Shown: in pieces, positions 25,409 through 35,632 of the stretch
Position numbering within the stretch: the stretch's first letter is position 1
Layout: each line of letters begins with the position of its first letter
Source of the DNA: Alphaproteobacteria bacterium
GTDB lineage: Bacteria; Pseudomonadota; Alphaproteobacteria; GCA-2731375
Direction: 5' to 3'
DNA: 64,000 nucleotides
Assembly (NCBI GenBank): GCA_965225945.1
Contig: CBDDBZ010000038.1
Span: forward strand, 448,001-512,000
Made by a program: the position numbers and the translations under genes
The notes under the pieces: model-generated
What the model saw: the letters and a program-made list of their open reading frames with translations, nothing else
Databases searched by the model: none
What the model was told of the DNA's origin: nothing

Positions 25409-26185
25409 TCAACGGGCCGTCCAGCCGCCGTCGACCAGCAGGCTCGTCCCGGTGATCATGCCGGCGGCTGGCGAGGCGAGGAAGACCACGGCGGCGGCGA
25501 TGTCCTCGATCCGGGCCAGATGCCCCATCGGGATCGAATCGATGATGCCCTTGCGGAAATCCGGATCCGCCAGCGCCGGACGGGTCATCGGCGTGTCGAC
25601 CCAGGTCGGCGCCACCGCGTTCACCCGGATATTGGCCTCCGCCAGCTCGATCGCCATCGCCTTGGTCAAACCCTCGAGGGCGTGCTTGGTCAGCGTATAG
25701 ACGCTGCGGTCCTTCAGCGCGACGTGACCGAGTTGGGAGGTGATGTTGATCACGGCGCCGCCCCGCGCCGGCCGGTCCTCGTCGGCGAGCATCCGCCGCA
25801 CCGCCGCCTGGGCGACCCGAAAGGCGGCGCGGACGTTCAAGCCCAACATGGTATCGAGCGCCGCCTCGCTCACCTCCACGAAAGGTTGGGGAATGTTGGT
25901 GCCGGCGTTGTTGACCAGAATATCCAGCCGCTCCAACGCGCCGAAGGCCCGGTCCACGCGAGCGCCGTCGGTGATGTCGAGCGGCAGGACCCGGCAAGTG
26001 CCGCCCACCGCGCGAATGCCGTCGGCCACGCCCTCGAGCTCGCTTTGCGTCCGGCTGACCAGCACCACCTCGGCGCCAGCCACCGCCAGCGCCTCGGCCA
26101 TGCCGACGCCGAGCCCCCGGCCCGCGCCGCTGACCAGCGCCACCCGCCCGTCGAGCCGAAACGTCGCGTCCTCGCCCGGTGTCAT
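25409..26185 (-). CDS. SDR family oxidoreductase
   Basis: SGAGRGLG, NNAG, catalytic YTLTK, ITGTSLLVDGG. Confidence 0.93.
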   Translation of the reverse strand: MTPGEDATFRLDGRVALVSGAGRGLGVGMAEALAVAGAEVVLVSRTQSELEGVADGIRAVGGTCRVLPLDITDGARVDRAFGALERLDILVNNAGTNIPQPFVEVSEAALDTMLGLNVRAAFRVAQAAVRRMLADEDRPARGGAVINITSQLGHVALKDRSVYTLTKHALEGLTKAMAIELAEANIRVNAVAPTWVDTPMTRPALADPDFRKGIIDSIPMGHLARIEDIAAAVVFLASPAAGMITGTSLLVDGGWTAR

Positions 26186-26355
26186 GGCCCTCTCCGATCA
26201 TCGTACCCCATCGCGAATGATAGACGATGTTCGGCCGAGGCCGCATCGCCCGGGCGGCTCCGCTCGACTATGGTAGCGAAGCCGGGACGCGCGCGAAAGG
26301 AGATATGGTGGCGGTGGCGGAAGGCAACCGAGGTGACGTCATGGGCCAAAGGCAA

Positions 26356-26383
26356 TTGGACATTTGGCCGCGATTGATATAAT
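26356..26383 (+). promoter_or_regulatory. sigma70-like promoter abutting the IS1595 insertion site
   Basis: TTGGAC (26356-26361), 16 bp spacer, then a perfect TATAAT (26378-26383) in a GC-rich background. Confidence 0.5.
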
Positions 26384-26387
26384 TTTT

Positions 26388-27412
26388 GGCTCAATTCGTG
26401 AATTGTATGCATTAGTGATAGAGTGCCTGGAACGTCAGGAGGTTGGGTTATGGACGGCAAGGGTTTCCAGGTGTGGCTTTCGGCGGCGCGCGGGCTGACG
26501 CGCGCGCAGCGGCGCGAGGCGCTCGCGGTGCTGTCGGGCCGGAGCGAGGGCGAGGCATCGAAGGCCGCGATCGAGCTTGGTGTGGACGAGGCCCGGCGCT
26601 GTCCGCACTGCGCGAGCGAAGGGGCGGTTTCGCGCGGTATGGCGCGGGGTCTGCGGCGCTACCAGTGCAAGGGCTGCGGCAGGACCTTCAACGCGCTGAG
26701 CGGTACGCCGCTGTCGGGCTTGCACCACAAGGAACGCTGGCTGTCGTTCGGGGCGTCGCTGGCGAAGGGGGAGACGGTGAAGGCGTCGGCGGCGCGCTGC
26801 GACGTGGCGGTGAGCACGGCGTTCCGCTGGCGTCACCGGTTTCTGGCGGCGGCGCGGAGCGATTCGGAGGTGCTCAAGGGGATCGTGGAAGCGGACGAGA
26901 CCTACGTCCTGGAGAGCCGGAAGGGCGCGCGCGGGCTGGGGCGCAAGGCACGGCGGCGGGGCGGCAAGGCGAAGAAGCGCGGCCTCTCGCGCGAGCAGGT
27001 ACCGGTTCTCATGGCGGCGGACCAGAGCGGAACGACGGTCAGCGCGGTGCTGCCCAGGGTCGATGCGGCGGCGCTCACGGCTGCCCTCGACCCGGTGGTC
27101 GCGAAGGACGCCCTGCTGGTCTCCGACGGCGGCGCGAGCTACCCACCGTGCGCCGCCGCGCTCGGGGTGAGCCACGAAGCACTCAACCGCTCGATGGGGG
27201 AACGGGTTCGGGGCGATCTGCATGTGCAGACGGTGAACAGCCGCCACAGCCGGTTGAAGGACTTCCTGCGTCCCCGCCGCGGCATCGCCACCCGCTATCT
27301 GGACAACTACCTGAGCTGGTTCCACCTCGTCGGCCTCGCCCCCGGCGCCAATGACCGAGCCTGCCTCGCCGCCGCCGTAACAAGGTGACGCATACAATTC
27401 ACGAATTGAGCC
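26388..27412 (+). mobile_element. IS1595-family insertion sequence, intact, 1025 bp
   Basis: Perfect 23-bp IRs GGCTCAATTCGTGAATTGTATGC (26388-26410 / 27390-27412); 8-bp TSD TAATTTTT (26380-26387 / 27413-27420). Confidence 0.95.
26450..27388 (+). CDS. IS1595-family transposase
   Basis: Zn-ribbon CPHC...CKGC, VEADETY, LVSDG, HVQTVNSRHSRLK, GIATRYLDNY; AGGAGG RBS before ATG 26450. Confidence 0.93.
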   Translation: MDGKGFQVWLSAARGLTRAQRREALAVLSGRSEGEASKAAIELGVDEARRCPHCASEGAVSRGMARGLRRYQCKGCGRTFNALSGTPLSGLHHKERWLSFGASLAKGETVKASAARCDVAVSTAFRWRHRFLAAARSDSEVLKGIVEADETYVLESRKGARGLGRKARRRGGKAKKRGLSREQVPVLMAADQSGTTVSAVLPRVDAAALTAALDPVVAKDALLVSDGGASYPPCAAALGVSHEALNRSMGERVRGDLHVQTVNSRHSRLKDFLRPRRGIATRYLDNYLSWFHLVGLAPGANDRACLAAAVTR

Positions 27413-27599
27413 TAATTTTTTAGTCGAGGGCGCGATCATCTCGCCGTGCCTGCTTGGGATGTGCCGGGAAACACATCTCGATGGCGGGTCGGTTGAGTTC
27501 GGCGGGAATGATAATTGGGAGATTCCCATGAGCCGTGGCACGAACGGCGGTGGCGGTCGGATTGTGGATCGCGTCCGCGCCGGCGGCAAAATTCTCACG

Positions 27600-27842
27600 A
27601 TGAACGGTAGGCTCGGCGATGCGCCTCTCGCGACATATGTGCTGATCGTGGCGTCCACGACGCAATTGCGTCGTTTCCTGCGTGACGATTCGGGCGCGGC
27701 GGGGATCGAGTACGGCCTTATCGTCACCGGTATCGCGATCGCCATCCTGTCGACGATCTTCGCCATCGGTTCCGAGGTGCGCGAAATGTTTGAATACTTC
27801 GACGGCAAGATCGAGCAGCGTATGGGCGCTTTCGGCAGCTGA
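27600..27842 (+). CDS. Flp/Fap type IVb pilin
   Basis: RFLRDDSGAAGIEYGLI cleavage/Flp motif followed by a hydrophobic helix; start uncertain (27600-27648). Confidence 0.8.
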   Translation: MNGRLGDAPLATYVLIVASTTQLRRFLRDDSGAAGIEYGLIVTGIAIAILSTIFAIGSEVREMFEYFDGKIEQRMGAFGS

Positions 27843-28012
27843 CGTCGGTTGCCCGCGCTTGCTTTTCGTCTCATCTGGCATCCCAAAGGGCCGTGATCGA
27901 GCCCGTGATCTCGGGCCGCTCCGTCATGCCTGCGATTCGGCCGGAAATTCGGACTCCGCATCGATGTTGCTTCGCGCCCTCGCCAGCCAGCGCCTGCCGC
28001 GACCCGGCGAAT

Positions 28013-28030
28013 CGCTTCGAATCCGAAGCG
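28013..28030. terminator. hairpin between convergent genes, possible terminator
   Basis: CGCTTCG-AATC-CGAAGCG just downstream of the aminotransferase stop; no clear U-tract. Confidence 0.3.
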
Positions 28031-28042
28031 TTCTCACCGCGT

Positions 28043-29419
28043 TCAGGAGGGGAGATCGCCTTCCGCGCGCAGCATCTCGATGGCGGCGCGAAGTGCGGCC
28101 GCCGCGTGCTCGATGTCGGCCTCGTCGTGGGCGGCGGAGACCGTGCCGCCCGGCTTGCCGTTGAGGTCGATGCCGTTCACCAGGAGCGCGAGCCGGAGCT
28201 TGGTCAGAAGTGGGCTCTTGGCCTTGAAGATCTCGGCGCCGTGGGCCGAGGCGTCGAATTCACCCGGCTCGACCGCCAGGCCTTGCGGGTTCAGGAACAG
28301 ATAGAAGCTCGAAAAGCTCCCGTGACAGGCCCAGGGGAGGCCCGCCTCGGCGATCACCTCGTTCCACCGCCGGCGCAACAGGTCGCCATGGCGGTTGGCG
28401 CGCTCGCAAGCATCGCCGTCGCGGATGATCGGTAGCGCCACCACCCCCGCCGCGGCCGAGAGCGGATTGGCGTTGTAGGTCCCCTGGTGGCCGATCTTCT
28501 CGAAGCCCTTGGCCTCGGCCACGTCGAAATCCAACAGCTCCAGAATCTCGGCGCGGCCGGAGATCGCGCCCCCCGGCAGCCCGCCGGACAGAATTTTCGC
28601 CAGGCTGGTGAGATCGGGAGTGACGCCGTAGTGGCCCTGGGCACCGCCGGGCGAGACGCGGAACCCCGTCACCACCTCGTCGAAAATCAGAACCACGCCA
28701 AATTCCGCGCTCGCCTCGCGGAGCCCGCGCAGGAACTCGCCGTCCACGGGGATCTGGCCGGAACTGGCGCCGGTCGGCTCCAAGATCACGGCGGCGATGT
28801 CGTCCTCCGCCTCGAACAGCGCGCGCACCGCCTCGATATCGCCCGCCGGCAGCAGCACCGTGCTGGCCGCAATTTCCGCCAGCACGCCCGGCGTCGGGCT
28901 GCCGTCGAAATGATCGCCGACACCGAAGGCGACATGATCGTTCCAGCCGTGGAAGTGGCCCAGAAAGCGCAGGATCTTGCGCCGTCCCGTGAAGGCCCGG
29001 GCCAGCCGAAACGCCATCAGGTTGGCTTCCGTGCCGGAGGCGGTGAAGCGAACGGTCTCGGCGCTCGCCACCATCTGCTTGACCAGGCCGCCCCAGCGCA
29101 CCTCCAGATCGTGGCAGGCGCCGAAGTGGGTGCCGCGCTCCATCTGCGCCTGCACGGCGGCCACCACCTCCGGCCGGCCGTGGCCCAGCAGCAGCGCGCC
29201 GTGGCCACCGAAGAAATCGACGTATTCGTTGCCGTCAACATCCCACTTGCGCGCGCCCTTGGCCCGCTCGACGTAGATGCCGTAGGGCAGCAGGCGGCGG
29301 GAATCGTGGGTGATGCCGCTCGGGAAGGTGTCCCGGGCTTGGGCGGCCAGCGCTTCGGAGGCGGGCGTCCGTTCGCGGTAGGCGGCAAGGATGCGGGAAT
29401 TCGACGACGTGGTCATCAT
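28043..29419 (-). CDS. class III aminotransferase (GSA-aminomutase-like)
   Basis: WDVDGNEYVD, SGTEA, HFHG, IFDEVVTGFR, PDLTSLAKILSGGLP, GTYNANP. Confidence 0.9.
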   Translation of the reverse strand: MMTTSSNSRILAAYRERTPASEALAAQARDTFPSGITHDSRRLLPYGIYVERAKGARKWDVDGNEYVDFFGGHGALLLGHGRPEVVAAVQAQMERGTHFGACHDLEVRWGGLVKQMVASAETVRFTASGTEANLMAFRLARAFTGRRKILRFLGHFHGWNDHVAFGVGDHFDGSPTPGVLAEIAASTVLLPAGDIEAVRALFEAEDDIAAVILEPTGASSGQIPVDGEFLRGLREASAEFGVVLIFDEVVTGFRVSPGGAQGHYGVTPDLTSLAKILSGGLPGGAISGRAEILELLDFDVAEAKGFEKIGHQGTYNANPLSAAAGVVALPIIRDGDACERANRHGDLLRRRWNEVIAEAGLPWACHGSFSSFYLFLNPQGLAVEPGEFDASAHGAEIFKAKSPLLTKLRLALLVNGIDLNGKPGGTVSAAHDEADIEHAAAALRAAIEMLRAEGDLPS

Positions 29420-29421
29420 GT

Positions 29422-31545
29422 TCAATTCTCCTCGGTGCCCCGAGACGGGGCGGCTCTCCCCTCGATGCGGGACATGACGATGTTGTTCCACCCATCGAGC
29501 CGCGCCGTCCAGCCCGGACGGACGACGGTGGTGCTGTCGTATTCCTCGACGATAAACGGCCCGGCCCGCGCCACCTCAGCCAGACCGCCGCGACCGACGA
29601 CAGGAGTCTCCAACCAGCCGTGCTCGGGGCCGTGATAGGCGCGGCGACTTCCCGTGGCGGGCGCCACCTCGGCGTCGAGGGTGATTTTCGCCGGCAGGCG
29701 GGGCCTTGCCGCGAGGCCCCGTCCGACGACCTTGAGCGAGACGAACTGTATGCCTTCCTCGTCCGAACGGTAACCGAAAGTCGCCTCGTGGGCCCGGGCG
29801 AAGGCTTCGGCGAGGGCGTCGAGATCCTCCGCCCCCAGCGGCGGCTCGGGGAGCGGCAGGGACAACGCGGCATTCTGCGAAACGTATTTGATCTCGGCCG
29901 AGCCGGCGAGCTCGCGCGCTTCTGGCGGATAGCCGTCGGCGGCGAGCAAGCCTTCCGCCTCGGCCCGAAGCGTCAGGATCTCGGCCTCGAGCGGATCGAG
30001 CTCGAGCTCGTCGAAGGTCCGATAGAAGGCGCGGATGCATTGATGCTCGGTGTCGGCGAAGAGCAGGCCGAGGGCGCTGAAGAGGCCCGCTGCCGGCGGC
30101 ACCAGCACATGCTCGGTGCCCAGCGCCTCCGCCAGGCCGGCGACGTGCACACCGCCGTTGCCGCCGAAGGCGAAGAGGGGAAACCGCGACGGGTCCAAGC
30201 CACGTTCGGAGGAAACGGCGCCGAGCGCGCGCATCATTCGGGAGTTGGCGATCAGGTGGATGCCGTGCGCCGCCTCGATGAACGGCCGCCCGATCGCCCG
30301 GGCGATCTCGTCGACCGCGCGCTCGCCGGCTTCGCGATCGAGCACCAGGTCGCCGCCGACCAGCGCGTCGGGGTTGAGGTAGCCGAGAGCCAAGTTGGCG
30401 TCGGTCACCGTCGCCGCCGTGCCGCCCTGGCCATAGCAGGCCGGACCCGGCGCGGCGCCGGCGCTTCTCGGTCCCACCTGTAGGCCGCCGCCGGGATCGA
30501 TCCAAGCGATCGAACCGCCGCCCGCGCCGACCTCGGCGATATCGATGGTCGGCGCCTGCACCACATAGCCGCCGCCTCTCACCATCCGGTGGCCGAGCGA
30601 CGCCTCGCCGCCGACCTCGGTCTCGGGTGCGAGCGCGAATTCGCCGCCCTCGATGATCGCCGCCTTGGCCGTGGTGCCGCCCATGTCGAAGACGATGCAA
30701 TCGGCCATGCCCAGCCGTTCCGCCAGCCGCCGTGCGCCGACGACTCCGGCGGCGGGTCCGGATTCGATGACGAAGATGGGCTTCCGGGCGGCCATCGGGG
30801 CCGGCAGCACGCCGCCGTTCGACTGCATGATGTTGAGCGGCACGGTGATCCCGATATCGCACAAGCGGGTCTCCAGGCGCCGCGCATAGCCTTCGATCAC
30901 CGGCCGGATATAGGCGTTGACCACCGTCGTGCTGGTACGTTCGTACTCCTGAATCTGCGGCACCAACTCGCTGGAGACGGTGACGGGCAGGTCCGGCAGG
31001 TATTCGCGGAGGAGGCTCGCCGCCCGCTCCTCATGGCGAGGGTCGACATAGGCGTTCAGGAAACAGACCGCCACCGCGTCGACGCCCGCCTCGGCTATGC
31101 GGCGCGCGACGTCGCGCACGCCCGCCTCGTCCAGCGGACGAACCACCTCGCCGGCGGCGGAAATCCGCTCTCCCACCTCGAAGCGGAGCCGTCGCTCGAC
31201 CAGCGGCTCGGGCTTGCGGAAACCGACGTCGTAGAGCCGGGGCGAGCGGAAGCGGGCGATTTCCAGGACGTCGCGAAAGCCCTCGGTGGTCACCAGCGCG
31301 ACCCGGACGCCCTGGCGTTCGATGATCGCGTTGGTGGCGATCGTGGTGCCGTGCACGACTTCGCCGATCTCGCTCGCGCCGATCCCGGCCTCCGCCAGCA
31401 GGGCGCGGACGCCCTCCTCGATCGCCCGGCTGTAGTCGTCGGGGGTGGAGAGGATTTTTTTCGTGCAGAGCCGCCCGTCGCCACCCAGGATCGTAATGTC
31501 GGTGAAGGTGCCGCCGATATCGATGCCGAGCCGATAGTCGCTCAT
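29422..31545 (-). CDS. hydantoinase A / oxoprolinase family (ATP-binding subunit)
   Basis: GIDIGGTFTD, HGTTIATNA, ESGPAAG, DMGGTT, GAGGGSIA, SAGAAPGPACYG. Confidence 0.95.
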   Translation of the reverse strand: MSDYRLGIDIGGTFTDITILGGDGRLCTKKILSTPDDYSRAIEEGVRALLAEAGIGASEIGEVVHGTTIATNAIIERQGVRVALVTTEGFRDVLEIARFRSPRLYDVGFRKPEPLVERRLRFEVGERISAAGEVVRPLDEAGVRDVARRIAEAGVDAVAVCFLNAYVDPRHEERAASLLREYLPDLPVTVSSELVPQIQEYERTSTTVVNAYIRPVIEGYARRLETRLCDIGITVPLNIMQSNGGVLPAPMAARKPIFVIESGPAAGVVGARRLAERLGMADCIVFDMGGTTAKAAIIEGGEFALAPETEVGGEASLGHRMVRGGGYVVQAPTIDIAEVGAGGGSIAWIDPGGGLQVGPRSAGAAPGPACYGQGGTAATVTDANLALGYLNPDALVGGDLVLDREAGERAVDEIARAIGRPFIEAAHGIHLIANSRMMRALGAVSSERGLDPSRFPLFAFGGNGGVHVAGLAEALGTEHVLVPPAAGLFSALGLLFADTEHQCIRAFYRTFDELELDPLEAEILTLRAEAEGLLAADGYPPEARELAGSAEIKYVSQNAALSLPLPEPPLGAEDLDALAEAFARAHEATFGYRSDEEGIQFVSLKVVGRGLAARPRLPAKITLDAEVAPATGSRRAYHGPEHGWLETPVVGRGGLAEVARAGPFIVEEYDSTTVVRPGWTARLDGWNNIVMSRIEGRAAPSRGTEEN

Positions 31546-33266
31546 GCGTCCCGGGCCTCGGCGAGGCGCCGCCTGAGCGCCACCGTCTCGTCGGGGCGCA
31601 GCGTTCCGGCCTCGACGACGACGCCGTATTCGGCTCTTGCGTGGGTGGGCGTGATCTTCTCCTGGCGGATGTCCTCCGCCACGGCGTTCGCGTCCCGCTC
31701 CAGGGGATCGCCGTAACCGCCGGAGCCGGCCATCTCGCTGCGGAACACCTCGCCCCGGCGCATGTGGCGCACGAACTTCGCGGGCGCTTCCTCCCGTTTG
31801 CCGTCGCGGATGAAGTAGGAGCGGGAGAGCGCGCCCGGCTTGCCGCCGAAAATCCCCCAGCAGGGATGCACGTGGCGATCGGCGCGCTGCTGCACGATCG
31901 CCTCGTCGTTCAGCATGCGGTATTGCCGCGTCATGCCGAGGGCGCCGCGATACTTGCCGGGCCCGCCGGTGTCGGGAAGGAAGCCGTATTCCTCGATCAG
32001 CAGCGGGTTCTCCGCCTCGATCACCTCCACCGGCGTATTGGAGAGGTTGCCGAGCCAGTAGGGCCCGGCGTCCTGTCCGTCCTGGTCGGGGCCGCCGCCA
32101 CGCCCGGTCATGTTGTGGAATTCGACATGGAGAAAGCGCTTGCGCTCGGGCGTCAGGCCGGTGACGGAGAGGCCGAACTCGTTACCTCCGGGGCAGGCCG
32201 GCATGGCATCGGGGAACAGCTTGACCAGCGCGCCGGTGACCGCGGTACGAACCCGGTAGCCGCCTTGCCCCCGGGCGCCGAGGGCGGCGGGAAAAAGAGG
32301 ATTGACCCAACTGCCCTCCGGCGCGATGACCTTGATCGGACGGTAAAAGCCGGCGTTGTTCGGCGTCTCGGGCGGCAGCACGGCACGCAGCGCCGCATAG
32401 GTGAGGGAGGCGGTGAACCAGTAGTTGGTATGGAGCGCGCCGCCCATCTGGCCCGAGGTGCCGGTGAAGTCGGCGGTGATCTCGTCGCCCGCGATGGTGA
32501 CCTTGACCTGGATCCGGACCGGCCCGCCACCGACCCCGTCGTCGTCGTTCCACTCGGTAAACTCGGCCTCGCCGTCGGGCAGCGCGCGAATGGCGGCGCG
32601 CACGAAGCGCTCGGTATAGTCGACCAGCGCCACCATGTAGGTCTTCACCTCCTCGACGCCGTAGGTCGCCACCAGCTTCAGAATCTCGGCTTCGCCCGCG
32701 ACCAGTGCCGCGATCTGCGCGCGGATGTCACCCAGCATCTTGTCCGGCACCCGGGTGTTGTGCTCGATCAGGCGAAGCAGGGTCTCGTTGGGCTGGCCGG
32801 CCTGGTGGATCTTGCTCGGTGGGATGCGCAGCCCTTCTTGCTGAATTTCGTCGCTGTCGGCGGCCTGGCCTCCGGCGACCCGCCCGCCGAGGTCGGTGTG
32901 GTGGAGGATCAAACCCAGGAAGCAGATGCACGCGCCTTCGTGGAACACCGGCTTGTACATGAAGATGTCGTTCAGGTGGCTGCCGCCGGCATAGGGGTCG
33001 TTGTTGGCCAGAATGTCGCCGGGCGCTAACGAATCGCCGAAATAGTCGAGGCAGCCGCGCAGCGCCGGCATCATGGCGCCGAGGTGGCCCGGCAAGGCGA
33101 GCCCCTGCGCCACCATGTCGCCCGCCGCGTCGAAGGTCGCGGCGGAGAAGTCCATGTTGGCCTTGACCAGGGTGGAACGCGAGGTCCTGAGCACCGACAC
33201 CATCATATTGTCGGAGACCATGGTGAGCGCATTCTTGATCAGCTCCAGGCGAATCGGATCGATCAT
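31542..33266 (-). CDS. hydantoinase B / oxoprolinase family
   Basis: IDPIRLE, NDPYAGGSHLND, HHTDLGG, EGLRIPP, DTGGPGKYRG, GGYGDP; ATG at 33266. Confidence 0.95.
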   Translation of the reverse strand: MIDPIRLELIKNALTMVSDNMMVSVLRTSRSTLVKANMDFSAATFDAAGDMVAQGLALPGHLGAMMPALRGCLDYFGDSLAPGDILANNDPYAGGSHLNDIFMYKPVFHEGACICFLGLILHHTDLGGRVAGGQAADSDEIQQEGLRIPPSKIHQAGQPNETLLRLIEHNTRVPDKMLGDIRAQIAALVAGEAEILKLVATYGVEEVKTYMVALVDYTERFVRAAIRALPDGEAEFTEWNDDDGVGGGPVRIQVKVTIAGDEITADFTGTSGQMGGALHTNYWFTASLTYAALRAVLPPETPNNAGFYRPIKVIAPEGSWVNPLFPAALGARGQGGYRVRTAVTGALVKLFPDAMPACPGGNEFGLSVTGLTPERKRFLHVEFHNMTGRGGGPDQDGQDAGPYWLGNLSNTPVEVIEAENPLLIEEYGFLPDTGGPGKYRGALGMTRQYRMLNDEAIVQQRADRHVHPCWGIFGGKPGALSRSYFIRDGKREEAPAKFVRHMRRGEVFRSEMAGSGGYGDPLERDANAVAEDIRQEKITPTHARAEYGVVVEAGTLRPDETVALRRRLAEARDA

Positions 33267-33294
33267 GTGGGCATATTTCCCTGGTTCGATGCGC

Positions 33295-35319
33295 TCAAAG
33301 AGCGCGGCAAAGCCGCAAGGCGTCGAGCACCGCGGCATGGATGTTGCGCGAGGCGACCGCATCGCCGATTCGGTGCAATTCGAACCCGCCGTCCCGTCCG
33401 GGCTGCGCCGCGCCGGCCAACAGCGCCTCGATGTCGGTGACCCCGTCGTTCGCCGCTTGGCGCCGGAGTTCGCTGTAGACCGCGTCGAGGGGCACCGTCC
33501 CGCCTTCGACCACGATCCGGTCGGCCAGCCGCTCGCGCACCGCGCCCGTGACCTCGTTGCGGAACGTCGCGGCGAGGCGATTGCCCTGGCCCTCGATCCG
33601 GATCAGCCGCTGATCAACCTCGATCTCCAATCCCAACTCGTAGAGCCGCCGTTTCCAGATCATCCGCTCGGCATAGTTCATCTCCGGCGCGACGGAATCG
33701 TCGAGGGCGACGAAGACGACCCGCCGCCCCGCCGTCGCCAAGCGTTCCGCGGCGCTTGCCGCGCCATGCCGGCCGGTGCCGTCGTAGACGATCACCTCTT
33801 CGCCCGCCGGCACAGGATCGTCGAGCGCGCGCCAGACGTCGGTCGCATGCCCGGCCCCCTCCAGCCAGTCGAGATCGGGCAGGCCACCGGTGGCGACGAT
33901 GACGACGTCGGGCGTCTGGCCAAGGACGTCCGCCGCCTCGGCGTAACGCTCGAGGTGCACGGCGACGCCGAGGCGGTCCAATTCGCGTTCCCGCCACTCG
34001 ACGATGCCGAGGATATCGCGCCGCCAACTGGCGCGGGCGGCAAGGAGGATCTGCCCGCCCAGCGTGGCCGTGGCCTCGAACAGCACCACATCGTGGCCGC
34101 GCTCGCCGCAAACCCGCGCGGCCTCCAGCCCGGCCGGACCGCCCCCCATCACCACAACCTTTCGGCCCGGCCGCTCGGCGCGCGTCACGACTTGCGGCAG
34201 CGTCTCCTCCCGGCCGGTCGCGGCGTTGTGGATGCAGGCGGGGCGGTGTTGGCTCATGCAATGGGTGGCGCCGACGCAGGGGCGGATCCGCGCCTCCTCC
34301 CCACGCAGTAGCTTCTCCACGATGTGCGGATCGGCGATATGGGCGCGCGTCATCGCCACCATGTCGAGATAGCCCTCGGCGATGGCGTGCCGCGCGGTGG
34401 CGATATCGGCGATGCGGGCGGCGTGGAAGACCGGGAGGGCGACCTCGCGCTTGAAGGCGGCGACCGGCCGGAGCCACGGCGCGATTCGTGAGGCCATGCC
34501 CGGCATGTTGTCGGTGGCGAGCGTCATCGCCGTATCCATCCGCCCGTAGATCGCGTTGAAGAAGTCGATTCCGCCTGACGCTTCCAGAATCCGGGCGGCC
34601 GCCAGCGCCTCCTCGGCGCCGAGCCCGTCTTCCAGTGCCTCGTCGACGACCCAGCGGATACCGACGACGAATTCGTCGCCGACCTTGGCACGGATGTTTT
34701 CGTGCACCATCAGCGCGAAGCGGCAACGGTTCTCCAACGAGCCGCCGAAACGGTCGCTGCGATGATTGGTCGCGGGCGAGAGGAACTGGCCGATCAAATG
34801 GCCCCCCGTCAAGGTCTCGATGCCGTCCAGCCCGCCGTCGCGGCAGCGCCGCGCGGCATCGCCGTAGGCTTCCACGACGCGGCGAATATCGTCCTCGTCC
34901 ATCTCCTTCGGGAAACTGCGGTGCAGGGTCTCGCGGATCGCCGTCGGCGCGATGGTGGGCAGCCAGTTGTCGGCATAGGGCTCGCCCCGCCGGCCGAGAT
35001 GGGTGATCTGGCACATCAACGCCGCGCCGTGAGCGTGCACGCGCTCGGCGAACCGGCGGAAATGGGGCACGATGGCGTCGTCGCCGACATAGAGCTGGCG
35101 AAACACCGAGGGGCTGTCGGGCGCGACGTTGGAGGAGCCGCCGAACATGGTGAGCGCGAGGCCGCCCCGGGCCTTCTCCTCGTGGTAGCGCTGATAGCGC
35201 TCGAGCGGTAGACCGCCTTCCTCCAGCCCGCAGGCGTGGCTGGTGCTCATCACCCGGTTGCGCAGTCGGAGCCCCTTGAGCGTCAGCGGGCGGAGCAGGG
35301 GATCGCTCAATCTCGGCAC
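33295..35319 (-). CDS. NADH:flavin oxidoreductase (OYE/TMADH-like; resembles N-methylproline demethylase family)
   Basis: LRNRVMSTSH, QITHLGRR, QFLSPATNHRSDRFGGSLENR, RPCVGATHC...CIHN Fe-S motif, GGGPAGLEAA. Confidence 0.88.
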   Translation of the reverse strand: MPRLSDPLLRPLTLKGLRLRNRVMSTSHACGLEEGGLPLERYQRYHEEKARGGLALTMFGGSSNVAPDSPSVFRQLYVGDDAIVPHFRRFAERVHAHGAALMCQITHLGRRGEPYADNWLPTIAPTAIRETLHRSFPKEMDEDDIRRVVEAYGDAARRCRDGGLDGIETLTGGHLIGQFLSPATNHRSDRFGGSLENRCRFALMVHENIRAKVGDEFVVGIRWVVDEALEDGLGAEEALAAARILEASGGIDFFNAIYGRMDTAMTLATDNMPGMASRIAPWLRPVAAFKREVALPVFHAARIADIATARHAIAEGYLDMVAMTRAHIADPHIVEKLLRGEEARIRPCVGATHCMSQHRPACIHNAATGREETLPQVVTRAERPGRKVVVMGGGPAGLEAARVCGERGHDVVLFEATATLGGQILLAARASWRRDILGIVEWRERELDRLGVAVHLERYAEAADVLGQTPDVVIVATGGLPDLDWLEGAGHATDVWRALDDPVPAGEEVIVYDGTGRHGAASAAERLATAGRRVVFVALDDSVAPEMNYAERMIWKRRLYELGLEIEVDQRLIRIEGQGNRLAATFRNEVTGAVRERLADRIVVEGGTVPLDAVYSELRRQAANDGVTDIEALLAGAAQPGRDGGFELHRIGDAVASRNIHAAVLDALRLCRAL

Positions 35320-35328
35320 CTCCCGGCG

Positions 35329-35592
35329 TCAAAGGCCGGCGAAACCGGCATCGCCCAGCACTTGCCTCGGGATCATCAGGCGGGCCGCCATCATCGGCCG
35401 GGGCGAGGTGCCGATCCCGGGTTCGCCCACGAGATCGAGCAGCATATAGGCCTCCTCGCGATTCAACCCGGTGTTCTCGGCGACGAATTCGACGCTGGCG
35501 CGCGAGGCGTCCTCCGTCGCCTCCTCGTCCGGTTGGATATGCATCTCGGGCGGCGTGTTGGGGTTGACGCTGAACATGTAGGCCCGGGCCAT
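35329..35592 (-). pseudogene. 87-aa remnant resembling fused N- and C-termini of an acetamidase/formamidase
   Basis: N-terminal FSVNPNTPPEMHIQP joined to EEATEDA...TGLNREEAYMLLDLVGE...IPRQVL; strong RBS. Confidence 0.5.
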
Positions 35593-35632
35593 CGCGCTTT
35601 CCCCCTTTGTTTTGTCGGATGATCGGATATGG

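Noticed and set aside
28043-29419. Calling the aminotransferase hemL
   Set aside because: Catabolic operon context, and alphaproteobacteria normally use ALA synthase; only family-level similarity is supported
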